NCBI GenBank assembly: GCA_041613315.1
Contig: JBFJHJ010000001.1
Coordinates: 64,001-128,000, forward strand
Reading direction: 5' to 3'
DNA: 64,000 nt
Origin: Gemmatimonadales bacterium
Lineage (GTDB): Bacteria; Gemmatimonadota; Gemmatimonadetes; Gemmatimonadales; GWC2-71-9
Part shown: positions 37,565 to 47,485 of the stretch, piece by piece
Numbering within the stretch: position 1 is the stretch's first letter
Layout of the letters: each line of letters starts with the position of its first letter
Position numbers and translations under genes: made by a program
The notes under the pieces: model-generated
The model's database searches: none
What the model was told of the DNA's origin: nothing
What the model saw: the letters and a program-made list of their open reading frames with translations, nothing else

Positions 37565-39046
37565 ATGAGACGATTCTCGGTCGTCGGCGCCCTCGCGCTG
37601 ATGCTGGCGGCGGCGCCGGCCGTCGGGCAGTCGGCGCCGGCCGATCGCCCGGCGGTCGCCTCGATCCTGCGGCTGTTCGAAATCTGGGTCGGCGAGCAGA
37701 TGGCCTACCACCACCAGCCGGGGCTGTCCATCGGGATCGTGCACGATCAAGACGTGATCTGGGCCAAGGGGTTCGGCTATGCCGACGCTGCCCGGAAGAC
37801 GCCCGCGACGTCGCAAACGGTGTACCGCATCGCATCCATCACGAAGACGTTCACCGCCACCGCCGTGATGCAGCTCCGCGATGCGGGCCGGCTCCGCCTC
37901 GATGACCCCGTCGCGACCCATCTTCCCTGGTTTACCTACCGTGACACCTTCCCCGACGCCCCGCCGATCACGATTCGGCACCTGCTGACGCACACTTCGG
38001 GATTGCCGCGGGAGGCCGACTTCCCGTATTGGACCGACCGGCAGTTTCCGACGCGCGAGCAGCTGATCGAAGCGTTCCACGGGCAGGCGAGCGTCTTCGC
38101 ACCGGAGACCCGGTACAAGTACTCGAACCTGGCGCTGGCCATCGCCGGCGAGGTCGTGGCGGCCGTGTCGGGCGTTCCCTACGAGGAATACGTGCGGCGC
38201 CAGATCCTGGAGCCGCTCGGCATGACGAGCACCTGGGTGCGCTTCGAGGAGGTCGATCGCGCGCGCCTCGCGACGGGGTACGAGATCGTGAGGGCCGACG
38301 GCTCCCAGCGGGTGGCCGGTCCCACCGTTTCCAACGGCCTGACGCCCGCCGCGAACCTCTCCTCGACAGTCGAGGACCTGGCGCGATTCGTGGCGCTCCA
38401 GTTCCGCGACGGTCCGACGGGAGACCGCCAGGTCGTGAACGGGAGCACGCTCCGGGAGATGCACCGCGTGCACTGGCTCGAACCGGACTGGGACAGCGGC
38501 CGCGGGCTCGGCTTCTCGGTGTGGCGGCAAGGCGGGCGGACCCTCGTGGGCCACGGCGGCTGGGTGGCCGGCTACCGCACGCAGATCGCGTTCGATCCGC
38601 GGGCGAAGATCGGCGTCATCGTGCTGACCAACTCCGATGAGGGCGGCCCCGGGCGGTACGTGAGCCGCGCCTTCGACCTGATCGCTCCCGTGCTCGAAGA
38701 GGCCACGCCCCGGCCCGCCGTCGTGGCGCTGCCGGACCGCCCCGAGCGCTACGCCGGTCGCTACCACGACCCCTCGGGATGGGAGACCGATGTTCTCGTG
38801 CTCGAGGGACGGTTGCGGATGTACGGTCATAGCTACCCGCCGCGAGACAACCCGAAGAGCGGGCTCACCGAGCTCACGTGGGTGACCGAGCATGTGTTTC
38901 GGATGACCGGCGAGAATGGGAACGGCGAGCTCGTGGTGTTCGAGTTCCGGCGCGACGGCGCGGTCGCGCGGGTCAAGGTGGGTGCGAATTACGTCTATCC
39001 TGTGGGCTGTGGTCGCATCGAACGGCTGCAGTGCACGTGGCGCTGA
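37565..39046 (+). CDS. Serine hydrolase, beta-lactamase/AmpC-like family, secreted
   Basis: IASITK (SxxK), LLTHTSG, YSN, HGG; C-terminal extra domain. Confidence 0.88.
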   Translation: MRRFSVVGALALMLAAAPAVGQSAPADRPAVASILRLFEIWVGEQMAYHHQPGLSIGIVHDQDVIWAKGFGYADAARKTPATSQTVYRIASITKTFTATAVMQLRDAGRLRLDDPVATHLPWFTYRDTFPDAPPITIRHLLTHTSGLPREADFPYWTDRQFPTREQLIEAFHGQASVFAPETRYKYSNLALAIAGEVVAAVSGVPYEEYVRRQILEPLGMTSTWVRFEEVDRARLATGYEIVRADGSQRVAGPTVSNGLTPAANLSSTVEDLARFVALQFRDGPTGDRQVVNGSTLREMHRVHWLEPDWDSGRGLGFSVWRQGGRTLVGHGGWVAGYRTQIAFDPRAKIGVIVLTNSDEGGPGRYVSRAFDLIAPVLEEATPRPAVVALPDRPERYAGRYHDPSGWETDVLVLEGRLRMYGHSYPPRDNPKSGLTELTWVTEHVFRMTGENGNGELVVFEFRRDGAVARVKVGANYVYPVGCGRIERLQCTWR

Positions 39047-39068
39047 CCCGCAACGGAGTGAGGACGCG

Positions 39069-39518
39069 ATGTTCTGGAACGCGGTGGCCAAGTACAACGA
39101 TGCCGGGCTCCTCGTCATCCGCCTCGGTGTCGGGCTGGGCTTCTTCCACTACCATGGCTGGCAGAAGCTGATCGGCGGACCCGAGGCGTGGGCCGATCGG
39201 GGCCAGGCGATCTCGCTGCTCGGCATCCGATTCGGCTACACGTTCTTCGGCTTCATGAACGCGTTCGTCGAATCCATCGGAGGCCTGCTCTTCGCCGCGG
39301 GACTCTTCTTCCGGCCGCTGTGCGTTCTCATGTGCTTCAACATGCTCGTGGCCGCGCTGAGCCACTACGTGTCCGGCCGTGGGACGCCGGGTCATGCGGT
39401 CAAGAACGCGTTCCTCTTCGCCGGTATCTTCTTTGTCGGTCCCGGCAAGTACAGCGTGGACGAGTGGATCGCGCGGCGTCGGCGGGTGCGGGCCGCGGCG
39501 CCGCCGCTGGCGGCGTAG
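39069..39518 (+). CDS. DoxX family membrane protein
   Basis: GLLVIRLG, HGWQKL, ESIGGL, GPGKYSVD. Confidence 0.88.
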   Translation: MFWNAVAKYNDAGLLVIRLGVGLGFFHYHGWQKLIGGPEAWADRGQAISLLGIRFGYTFFGFMNAFVESIGGLLFAAGLFFRPLCVLMCFNMLVAALSHYVSGRGTPGHAVKNAFLFAGIFFVGPGKYSVDEWIARRRRVRAAAPPLAA

Positions 39519-39728
39519 GCCCAAACACCGGGCGACGTCGGGCCCCAAGGCACCCCGATCCGGCGCCTTCGGGGCCGATGGGACCCCCGAACGGCGCATG
39601 ACCAACGAGCGGCCGGCCTGTGGACATGACGCGGCCGCCCTTCCTCGACGACCTCCCAAGACCGCGACCGGCGACAATCGACGCTCTGAGCTCCGCGCGA
39701 CGGACTGATCACTCCAGACAGAGGAGGC

Positions 39729-40370
39729 ATGGCCGTGCAGATCCTTCCCGAGGACCTTCTCAAACTGCTCCTGGCGATCATCATCGGCGGACTGATCGGT
39801 GGCGAGCGGGAGTTCCGGGACAAAGCCGCGGGCTTCCGCACAATCATCTTCATCTGCGCGGGAGCGACGCTGTTCACGATCTTCTCGTGGAAGCTGGGCG
39901 GCGGTGACGATCCGGTGCGGATTGCCGCCAACATCGTGACCGGCATCGGCTTTCTCGGCGCCGGCACGATCTTGCGGGACGGCGGTCGTGTCACGGGGCT
40001 GACGACCGCGGCCACGATCTGGTTGGTCGCGTCGCTGGGGATGGGCATCGGCGGCGGCCACTACCTCTTCGTCGGGGCGGTCACCGTCGCTGTCCTGGCG
40101 GTCCTGTGGGTATTCCCGATGCTGGAGGAGCGCATTGACCGGGCGAGGGAAACTCGCACGTACGAGGTGCAGTGCGCGCTCCGGCCGGCCAAGTTCAACC
40201 AACTCGAAGCGATGTTTCGCGACGCGGGCCTGCGGGTCAGGAGCCACAAGCAAGTCAAGTCCGGCGAGCGCATGATCTGCGTGTGGGAAGCCCAAGGATC
40301 ATTGGCGCACCACGACCAGGCGATGCATCACCTGTTCTCGGACCCGGAAGTCGCGGAGTTTACGTTTTGA
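39729..40370 (+). CDS. MgtC/SapB family protein
   Basis: IGGERE...AAGFRT, RIAANIVTGIGFLGAG, GLTTAATIW; GAGGAGG RBS. Confidence 0.9.
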   Translation: MAVQILPEDLLKLLLAIIIGGLIGGEREFRDKAAGFRTIIFICAGATLFTIFSWKLGGGDDPVRIAANIVTGIGFLGAGTILRDGGRVTGLTTAATIWLVASLGMGIGGGHYLFVGAVTVAVLAVLWVFPMLEERIDRARETRTYEVQCALRPAKFNQLEAMFRDAGLRVRSHKQVKSGERMICVWEAQGSLAHHDQAMHHLFSDPEVAEFTF

Positions 40371-41581
40371 GCGTGCTCACGACGGGAGACCGGGCGACGC
40401 ACCCCCTGTGGAGGCGGATCCTGCGTTGGACGGCGTTCGGTGCCGCCGCGTTGGCCGCGGTGGCGCTCATCGCGTTCCTGACGTGGTTCCCGCGATTCGT
40501 GGACCGACGGCTCAACGTTGCTGATCCTGCTGGTCCCTATGCGGCGTCCCCCGACGCGGAGGCGCTGCACCAGACGCTCCGCGTCGCGGACCTCCACGCC
40601 GATCTGCTGCTGTGGACCCGCGATCCGCTGGTGCGGGGCACCTCCGGCCACACCGACGTCCCTCGACTGTTGGCCGGCAACGTGGCGGTGGAGGTCTTCT
40701 CGGCGGTGACCAAGGTGCCCTGGGGACTGAACTACGAGCGGAACCCCTCGGACTCGGACCTGCTCACCGCCCTGGTGATTGCCCAACGGTGGCCGCCGCG
40801 CACCTGGGCGAGCACGCGCGCTCGGGCGCTGTACGAGGCCGCAAAGCTTCACGACGCGGCCCGCCGGTCCGACGGCCGCCTCGTCGTCGTCCGATCCTCG
40901 GCCGAGCTCGCGGCGTTCCTCGAGCGTCGGCGTGTGGCACCCGCGACGGTTGCCGGTATCCTCGCCCTCGAGGGGCTCCACGTGCTGGAGGGGGACCCCA
41001 GGCATCTCGACCCGTTGTTTGCCGCCGGGTTCCGGATCATGGGGCTCGCGCATTTCTTCGACAACGCCGTGGCGGGGTCCGCGCACGGGGAAGCGAAGGG
41101 TGGTCTCACGACCGTCGGCCGGGACGTCGTTCGGCGTATGGAGGAACAGCGCATCCTCGTGGACTTGGCCCACGCGTCACCGGCGGCGATGCGCGACGTC
41201 CTCGCGATGACCTCCCGCCCCGTCGTCGTATCGCATACGGGCGTCCAGGCGACGTGTCCCGGTCCCCGGAACCTGAGCGACGACCTGCTCCGTGCGGTGG
41301 CGCGAACAGGCGGGGTGATCGGGATCGGCTTTTGGGACGGTGCCGTGTGCGAGACCGACCCGGCATCCATCGCCCGCGCGATCCGCCACGCAGCGGACGT
41401 CGCGGGGGTGGACCACGTCGGGCTGGGGTCGGACTTCGATGGCGCGACGCGGCTGTCGTTCGACGCCACCGGGCTCGTCCAGGTGACGGAAGCCCTCATG
41501 GCGGTCGGGTTCACCTCCGACGAGATCCGCCTGATCATGGGGGAGAATGTGATCCGGCTCCTCCTCGAGGCGCTCCCGTGA
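40367..41581 (+). CDS. Membrane dipeptidase (M19 family)
   Basis: ADLHAD, LEG, VDLAHAS, VVSHTG, RNLSD, GLGSDFDG; N-terminal TM; start TTG or GTG uncertain. Confidence 0.88.
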   Translation: MSVLTTGDRATHPLWRRILRWTAFGAAALAAVALIAFLTWFPRFVDRRLNVADPAGPYAASPDAEALHQTLRVADLHADLLLWTRDPLVRGTSGHTDVPRLLAGNVAVEVFSAVTKVPWGLNYERNPSDSDLLTALVIAQRWPPRTWASTRARALYEAAKLHDAARRSDGRLVVVRSSAELAAFLERRRVAPATVAGILALEGLHVLEGDPRHLDPLFAAGFRIMGLAHFFDNAVAGSAHGEAKGGLTTVGRDVVRRMEEQRILVDLAHASPAAMRDVLAMTSRPVVVSHTGVQATCPGPRNLSDDLLRAVARTGGVIGIGFWDGAVCETDPASIARAIRHAADVAGVDHVGLGSDFDGATRLSFDATGLVQVTEALMAVGFTSDEIRLIMGENVIRLLLEALP

Positions 41582-41728
41582 CCGTCGGCCGATCCCACAC
41601 CGCGGGCCGCTCCTGTGACATCCGACACACTTTTGGGGCGCAAGACGTCGCATATCTTGTGCCGTCCCTTGCCGACGCGTCGGACCCCGGCGCTCGCCGC
41701 CCACGGCCTTCGAGAGACCCGAGCGCGC

Positions 41729-43147
41729 GTGACCGATCAGCATTACCGCGGACCCAACTGGTGGCCGTTGGCCCTCGTGTGGGACGGTCTTCACCGCTCG
41801 GGCGTCCGCCATGTCACGGCGGTCTGGCTGCTCCTCGGCGGTCTCGCGGTGCTCAGCGCCGTCCTCGAAGCACGGTTGGGGTGGAGCGGGATGCCGATCC
41901 GGCTCGGCTCGCTCACGATCGGGTTCAGCGTCTATCCCCCGATCTTCCCCGCGATCCTGCTCGCCATCTGGATCGGCCCCATGTGGGGGGTCGTACCTGC
42001 CTACCTTGCGACCCTGGTGAGCGGGCTGGTCGGCGGCATGTCCCTCGAAGTGGCGGCGTTGTTCGCCTTGGCCACGCCGCTCGAGGTGATGATCGTCTGG
42101 GGATCGATGGTCACGCTCAACATCCATCCGGACTTGGACCGCTCGAGCGACTTCTGGCAGTACCTCATCGTCGTGCTGATGGCCGCCACGGCGTCCTCCC
42201 TCGCCGTGCTCATCTGGAATCAGACGCGTCAACTCGACCTCGCGCAGGGGCGTCTGGTCTGGGAGGGGTGGGTGATCGGGGACTTCCTCCAGCTCGCCGT
42301 ACTCGTGCCGCCGACTCTGCATTTCCTCGGCGGGCCGGTGCGGCGGCTGGTGGATCGCAAATTCGGTGTTCCGCCCCGTCACGAGTTCAGTTACACGCGA
42401 AGCGTCGTGCTCGTGGTCATCCTCCTGGGGATGCTGGGCGCCATGGTATTCCAGGGCGTAGGGATGATCGTGGAGGCGCTGGAGGAGTCACTGCCGGTCC
42501 TGACCGCGCAGGGGGCGACGCTGTTGGAGCGGCTGGCCGAGGTCGGCCTGTTCTTGGGGCTCCTGTTCACGGTGTCGCTGCTCGCCACGTTTCTCTTCAG
42601 CTCGTCACTCGCGCGCATCAGCGAGCGCGAGCGCACCGAGGGGCTTCGGGACACGCTCACCGGCTGCTTCAACCGCCGGGCGTTCCGCGAGCTGTTCCAG
42701 AAGGAAGCGGAGCGCAGCCGGCGGTTGGGGCAAGGCATCGCGGTCATCTTCTTCGACGTGGATCACTTCAAACAGATCAACGATGAGTTCGGGCACGAGA
42801 TGGGCGACGAGGTTCTGCGTCGGCTCCCCCGCCGCGTCCGCGGCGTCATGCGCGAGCACGACCTCCTGTTCCGCTGGGGCGGGGAAGAGTTCGTGGCGTT
42901 GCTGCCGCACACGGGGGCGGCGGACGCCGAATTCCTCGCGGAGCGGATCCGGCGGGCCGTGGCAGAGACGCCGCTCGTCACGCACGGCGTCGCCCGACCC
43001 GTCGGCGTAACGCTCAGCCTGGGCACCGCCGGGACCGAGGAGTACCCGGCATCCCCCGACCTTCTCATCGCGCGCGCGGACCGGGCATCGTACGTCGCGA
43101 AGCACGAGGGGCGAAACCGGGTGGCCACGTTCGCGGCCGCCAGCTGA
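41729..43147 (+). CDS. Membrane-sensor diguanylate cyclase (multi-TM plus GGDEF)
   Basis: About 8 hydrophobic segments; DTLTG..NRR, DVDHFK.IND.FGH, REHD I-site, RWGGEEF, GRNRV. Confidence 0.88.
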   Translation: MTDQHYRGPNWWPLALVWDGLHRSGVRHVTAVWLLLGGLAVLSAVLEARLGWSGMPIRLGSLTIGFSVYPPIFPAILLAIWIGPMWGVVPAYLATLVSGLVGGMSLEVAALFALATPLEVMIVWGSMVTLNIHPDLDRSSDFWQYLIVVLMAATASSLAVLIWNQTRQLDLAQGRLVWEGWVIGDFLQLAVLVPPTLHFLGGPVRRLVDRKFGVPPRHEFSYTRSVVLVVILLGMLGAMVFQGVGMIVEALEESLPVLTAQGATLLERLAEVGLFLGLLFTVSLLATFLFSSSLARISERERTEGLRDTLTGCFNRRAFRELFQKEAERSRRLGQGIAVIFFDVDHFKQINDEFGHEMGDEVLRRLPRRVRGVMREHDLLFRWGGEEFVALLPHTGAADAEFLAERIRRAVAETPLVTHGVARPVGVTLSLGTAGTEEYPASPDLLIARADRASYVAKHEGRNRVATFAAAS

Positions 43148-43156
43148 GTCGCGCTG

Positions 43157-43900
43157 GTGGCGCGGTTCCACGATCACTTCTCGCGGCGCGCCGCGGTGTA
43201 CGCCCGATACCGCCCACACTACCCACCCGAGCTGTTCCACTACCTCGCCGGGCTCCTCCTACGTCACCGCCAGGCATGGGACTGCGGCACCGGTAACGGC
43301 CAGGCCGCCGTCGGGCTCACGGCCATGTTTGAGCGCGTTGTGGCGACCGATGCCAGTCTCCGGCAGCTTGCCCATCGCGAACGCGGCGGCGCCGTGCAGT
43401 TCGCCGTCGCCCTGGCGGAGGCGCCGCCGATTCGCGACCGGTCGGTAGACCTTGTCACGGCAGCCCAGGCGCTGCACTGGTTTGATGTGGACGGATTCTA
43501 TCGGGAGGTGCAGCGGGTCGTGGTACCGGGAGGCGTGCTGGCCGTCTGGGGGTACGTCCGCTGCGACGTGGCCCCAGAGATCGACGCGATCGTGGGGCGG
43601 TTCTATACCGACACGTTGGGAGGGTATTGGCCCCCGGGTCGCCGTTACGTTGAAGAGCGCTACCGCACCATCGCCTTTCCGTTCGATGAGATCGCCGCAC
43701 CCGACTTCTCGATGCGCGCCCAGTGGACGTTGGGCGAGTTCCTGGGATATCTGGGGACGTGGTCTGCGGTCCAGCGGTACGTCGCCGCCACCGGCACCGA
43801 CCCGGTCGCCGCCCTCACGCCGGAGTTGACCGAGCGCTGGGGCGGAGCCTCGAGACCGGTCACGTGGCCCCTGGCGCTGCGCGTCGGCATCGTGCGTTAG
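43157..43900 (+). CDS. Class I SAM-dependent methyltransferase
   Basis: FHDHFS...YARYRP.YP, WDCGTGNGQ, AQALHWF. Confidence 0.88.
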   Translation: MARFHDHFSRRAAVYARYRPHYPPELFHYLAGLLLRHRQAWDCGTGNGQAAVGLTAMFERVVATDASLRQLAHRERGGAVQFAVALAEAPPIRDRSVDLVTAAQALHWFDVDGFYREVQRVVVPGGVLAVWGYVRCDVAPEIDAIVGRFYTDTLGGYWPPGRRYVEERYRTIAFPFDEIAAPDFSMRAQWTLGEFLGYLGTWSAVQRYVAATGTDPVAALTPELTERWGGASRPVTWPLALRVGIVR

Positions 43901-43994
43901 GTTTCCTGGGAGGGCGGCGGCGCTCGGCGCCCGCGCCGCGGCCAGCGCTCACCGACCGACCGTCCCCACGAGGCCTTGCGCGAGGACTGCTGAC

Positions 43995-44486
43995 GTGGCG
44001 TGGCTTGTCGCTCTGGTCATTCTCCTGGCGGTGCTGTGGCTGCTCGTCATCTGGGGTCGCCGGTCCCCGCAGCCGCCGCAGGGAGCGACCCCGCCCGTGG
44101 GGTGGTACCCGGAGACCTACGATCTCGACAACGCGGCCCATGTCGCGCTGATGGACGCCATTCGGCAGCGATATGCCGACGCCCTGCGCGATCCGTCCGG
44201 GGAATTCGCGGAGCTGGCGTACAAACCCGCCTCGCTCCTGCCGCACCCGAAGCAGGAGATCCGCAAAGCCCTGACCGCCCTGCTGGACTACGCCCGCGAC
44301 CAGCGGTCCTCGCGTTACCTCCATCCGCGCATTCGCCGCCCCGCGGTGATCGACACCCTGGAAGCGTCGCTGCTTCAGCTCGACACGTTCCTTGACATCC
44401 CGGCCGCGGACATACCCCGCGAGGCGACGGCGAACGTCGCGTTCGGGTTCCGTCACGCCCGCGGAGGCCCGAGCGCGGCGGGGTGA
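43995..44486 (+). CDS. Hypothetical protein with N-terminal membrane anchor
   Basis: Hydrophobic N-terminus, GAGG RBS, helical remainder. Confidence 0.6.
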   Translation: MAWLVALVILLAVLWLLVIWGRRSPQPPQGATPPVGWYPETYDLDNAAHVALMDAIRQRYADALRDPSGEFAELAYKPASLLPHPKQEIRKALTALLDYARDQRSSRYLHPRIRRPAVIDTLEASLLQLDTFLDIPAADIPREATANVAFGFRHARGGPSAAG

Positions 44487-44610
44487 GGGCCTGGCGGTAC
44501 GACTGGCGTCCGGCCACGACGGAGCACAATCTTGGTGGACACGTCCGCCCTTCGCCCCACATGAGCCGACGCGAGTTCGCCGCGACGATCCGGGAAGGCC
44601 AAGGAGGAGG

Positions 44611-45318
44611 GTGACCCGCCCGTTCGATTTCGACGCCGATTACGGCCGCGACTATGACCGGATCATCCGGCGGGTCTTTCCGGCGTACGACGAGCTCTTT
44701 CCCATCGCACTGGCGATGCTCGCGGCGACCCTGCCCGAGGAGGCGCACCTGCTCATTGTCGGTGCGGGGACCGGCAAGGAGATCGGCACGTTTGCCGCAC
44801 GACGCCCCGGGTGGCGGTTTACCGGCGTGGATCCCTCCGCGCAGATGATCGCGCAGGCGGCGGCGCGGGCGCGCGCCGCGGGCATCGAGCGGCGCGTGAC
44901 GCTCCACGAGGGCTATGTGGCGGCCCTCCCGACCGACCGACGGTTCGATGCCGCCGCCATGGTGTGCGTGATGCACTTCATGTCGGACGACGGGGGGAAG
45001 CGCGCGCTGCTCGACGACATTGCGGCGCGCCTCACGCCCGGCGCGCCTTTCATCGTGGTGGACGCGTGCGGCCAGGAGGGCTCACCGGAGCTGGAACGGA
45101 TGATGGCCGCGTGGATGTGGTACGTCCGCGACCAGGGGCTCACGACGGAGGATCAGCGGGCGTACGAGCAGCAGGTGCGCCGCGGGGTGCATCCGGTGTC
45201 CGAGTCCCGGATGCTGACGCTGTTCGAGGAAGCGGGCTTCACGACGCCGACGCGGTTCTTTTCGGCCTTCGTGTTCGCTGGCTGGATGGCGCGGCGTGGC
45301 GCCGAGGGCCGGGACTAG
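44611..45318 (+). CDS. Class I SAM-dependent methyltransferase
   Basis: AGGAGG RBS; LIVGAGTGKE, GVDPS..M, VMHF, LTPGA. Confidence 0.85.
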   Translation: MTRPFDFDADYGRDYDRIIRRVFPAYDELFPIALAMLAATLPEEAHLLIVGAGTGKEIGTFAARRPGWRFTGVDPSAQMIAQAAARARAAGIERRVTLHEGYVAALPTDRRFDAAAMVCVMHFMSDDGGKRALLDDIAARLTPGAPFIVVDACGQEGSPELERMMAAWMWYVRDQGLTTEDQRAYEQQVRRGVHPVSESRMLTLFEEAGFTTPTRFFSAFVFAGWMARRGAEGRD

Positions 45319-45430
45319 CGGTTGCCGTGTCCTTCTTTCCTTATTATAGGAGTGGCCCGCGCCAATCCCCCGGGACTGACGGCGATCGTGTGGCTGCGGC
45401 CGACGCCGCTCGAGGCGCGCATCTGGTGCG

Positions 45431-45733
45431 ATGGCGGCTCGCCTTGCCCTCCCGGGGACAGAGGTCTATATCGCCTTTTCAGGGGCGGGCCCTGACCCTG
45501 TCGTGCGGAGCGCCTCCGTGCCCATGGCCGGCGAGTGGGCGATGGCGCAGCTCGTCGGGTTGGTGAGGCAGCGCGTGCGTGGGCTCCGGCACCGACCGAG
45601 CCCGCACGCGCCGGAGTTGGCAGAGGGGGAGACCCCCACCCCGCTGCACGTGTTGGCCGACCAACCCGACATCGGTATCCTGATCAAACCCGATGAAGGA
45701 ACCTGGATCTCCCTCGTCCAGCGCATCAGCTGA
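45431..45733 (+). CDS. Possible hypothetical protein
   Basis: 100-aa ORF filling the gap before rho; no recognised motif. Confidence 0.3.
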   Translation: MAARLALPGTEVYIAFSGAGPDPVVRSASVPMAGEWAMAQLVGLVRQRVRGLRHRPSPHAPELAEGETPTPLHVLADQPDIGILIKPDEGTWISLVQRIS

Positions 45734-45775
45734 CCGTCCCCAATACGTGGCGGCGTGAATGACCAGAGAGGAGCG

Positions 45776-45838
45776 ATGAGCGACATCCTGACCGCCGCCG
45801 AGCCCATTGGGCCGTCTCGCACGTGTCCGGCGCCATGA
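45776..45838 (+). CDS. Putative 20-aa leader ORF coupled to rho
   Basis: GAGAGGAG RBS, MSDILTAAEPIGPSRTCPAP, TGA overlaps rho ATG. Confidence 0.35.
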   Translation: MSDILTAAEPIGPSRTCPAP

Positions 45839-46971
45839 GCGACTCTCTGGGCGTCCTGGAACTCACCGGCAAGGGCGCCGGCTTCGTGCGGCGTCGCCAG
45901 ACGGGTTACAGCGCTGCGAGAGGCGACATTCACGTCGGCCAGAAACTGGTGAGCCGCTATGGGCTGCGGACCGGCGACGAGATCGCGGGCGCGGTCGGGA
46001 AGCCGCCCGGGCGCGGCAAGAGCCCGCCGCTCACCTCGATCACGGCCGTGAACGGACGACCGCCGGAGGCGCTGGACCACCGCCCCGAGTTCGGCCGCCT
46101 GCGCTCGATCCATCCCGAGGAGCAGCTTATCCTCGACTGCGATCTGCGGCGATACGGCGCTCCCGACTTCACGAATCGCATCATCGATCTGCTGTGTCCC
46201 TTCGGGAAGGGGCAGCGGGCGATGATCGTGGCGCCCGCCAAGGCGGGGAAGACCATGGTGCTCCAGGCGGTGGCCGAAGGAATCGTCAAGAACCACCCCG
46301 ACGCTCCCCTGTTCATCCTGCTGGTGGACGAACGGCCCGAGGAAGTCACGGAGATGGAGATGTGCGGCTTCGGCGAGGTCGTCGCGTCGAGCTTCGATCA
46401 ACCGGCGGAGCGGCACATCGCGGTGGCGGAACTGACGCTCGAGCGGGCGCGCCGGCGCGTGGAGCTGGGAGACAATGTGGTCATCGTACTGGACTCGATC
46501 ACGCGACTGGCGCGCGCGTACAACACCGTGGAGAAGGGCAGTGGACGCACGCTGTCCGGGGGCCTCGATGCCCAGACCATGGAGAAACCGAAGCGGTTCC
46601 TCGGCTCCGCCCGGACGGTGGATGCGAAGCACGGCGGGGGGTCGCTCACCATCATCGGCACGGCGTTGGTGGATACCGGGTCTCGGATGGACCAGGTCAT
46701 TTTCGAGGAGTTCAAGGGCACGGGGAACAGCGAGCTGGTGTTGAGCCGGGAGCTTGCCGAACGGCGCATCTTCCCCGCGATCGATCTCAACGCGAGTGCC
46801 ACACGCCGGGAAGAGTTGCTCCTGCGGCCGGACATCCTGCAGGCCTCCCAGACACTGCGCAACATGCTGGCCCCCATGCCGTCCGCCGATGCGATGACGT
46901 ATCTGCAGGATCTGATGAAACGCGCGGCTTCCACAGAGGAGCTCATCAAGTCCATCATGGACGACCGCTAA
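45835..46971 (+). CDS. rho: Transcription termination factor Rho (short, lacking N-terminal helical domain)
   Basis: GVLEL..GAGFVR, GKGQRAMIVAPAKAGKT, DERPEEVT, LDSITRLARAYN, GRTLSGG, FEEFKGTGN, RREELL. Confidence 0.92.
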   Translation: MSDSLGVLELTGKGAGFVRRRQTGYSAARGDIHVGQKLVSRYGLRTGDEIAGAVGKPPGRGKSPPLTSITAVNGRPPEALDHRPEFGRLRSIHPEEQLILDCDLRRYGAPDFTNRIIDLLCPFGKGQRAMIVAPAKAGKTMVLQAVAEGIVKNHPDAPLFILLVDERPEEVTEMEMCGFGEVVASSFDQPAERHIAVAELTLERARRRVELGDNVVIVLDSITRLARAYNTVEKGSGRTLSGGLDAQTMEKPKRFLGSARTVDAKHGGGSLTIIGTALVDTGSRMDQVIFEEFKGTGNSELVLSRELAERRIFPAIDLNASATRREELLLRPDILQASQTLRNMLAPMPSADAMTYLQDLMKRAASTEELIKSIMDDR

Positions 46972-46975
46972 AGAC

Positions 46976-47479
46976 ATGGCGTCCCAGGCATCGTTCGACG
47001 TCTCGACGGGGGCCGACCTCCAGGAGGTGGATAACGCGGTCAACCAAGCCAGGAAGGAGGTTGCCCAGCGCTACGACTTCAAGGGCACCACGTGCACGAT
47101 CGACTTCGATCGGGACAAGGCCGACCTGACGCTTGAGGCCGACGACGACTTCCGGCTGAAGGCGCTGTTCGACGTGCTGCAGGGTAAACTGATCAAACGC
47201 GGCGTGCCGTTGAAGAACGTCACGATGGGCACCCCGGAACCCGCGGCGGGCGGCCGGATGCGCCGGGCCCTGACCCTGACCCAGGGGATTCCCGCGGACA
47301 CGGTGCGGGAGATCGTGAAAGCGGTCAAGGCGCAGGGCTTCAAGAAGGTCCAGGTCGCGATCCAGGGGGACGAGCTCCGCGTCTCCAGTTCCTCGAAGGA
47401 CGCTCTCCAGAACGTGATCGCCTTCCTCCGGAGCCAGGACTTCGGCGTCGAGCTCCGGTTCGGTAACTATCGCGGGTGA
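46976..47479 (+). CDS. yajQ: YajQ family nucleotide/c-di-GMP-binding protein
   Basis: SFDV...DLQEVDNAVNQA, RYDFKG, KVQ..IQGDELRV, F.NYR. Confidence 0.92.
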   Translation: MASQASFDVSTGADLQEVDNAVNQARKEVAQRYDFKGTTCTIDFDRDKADLTLEADDDFRLKALFDVLQGKLIKRGVPLKNVTMGTPEPAAGGRMRRALTLTQGIPADTVREIVKAVKAQGFKKVQVAIQGDELRVSSSSKDALQNVIAFLRSQDFGVELRFGNYRG

Positions 47480-47485
47480 GACTCG

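Noticed and set aside
37565..39046. Antibiotic-resistance beta-lactamase
   Set aside because: The SxxK/YxN fold is shared by many peptidases and esterases; HGG in place of KTG and an extra C-domain do not support a resistance call
39519..39728. M-box or other riboswitch upstream of mgtC-like gene
   Set aside because: No recognisable conserved core; needs an Infernal scan to exclude formally
45319..45735. Structured ncRNA (tmRNA, RNase P, SRP, 6S) after the AT-rich patch at 45330-45350
   Set aside because: No diagnostic motifs recognised; left as a low-confidence ORF
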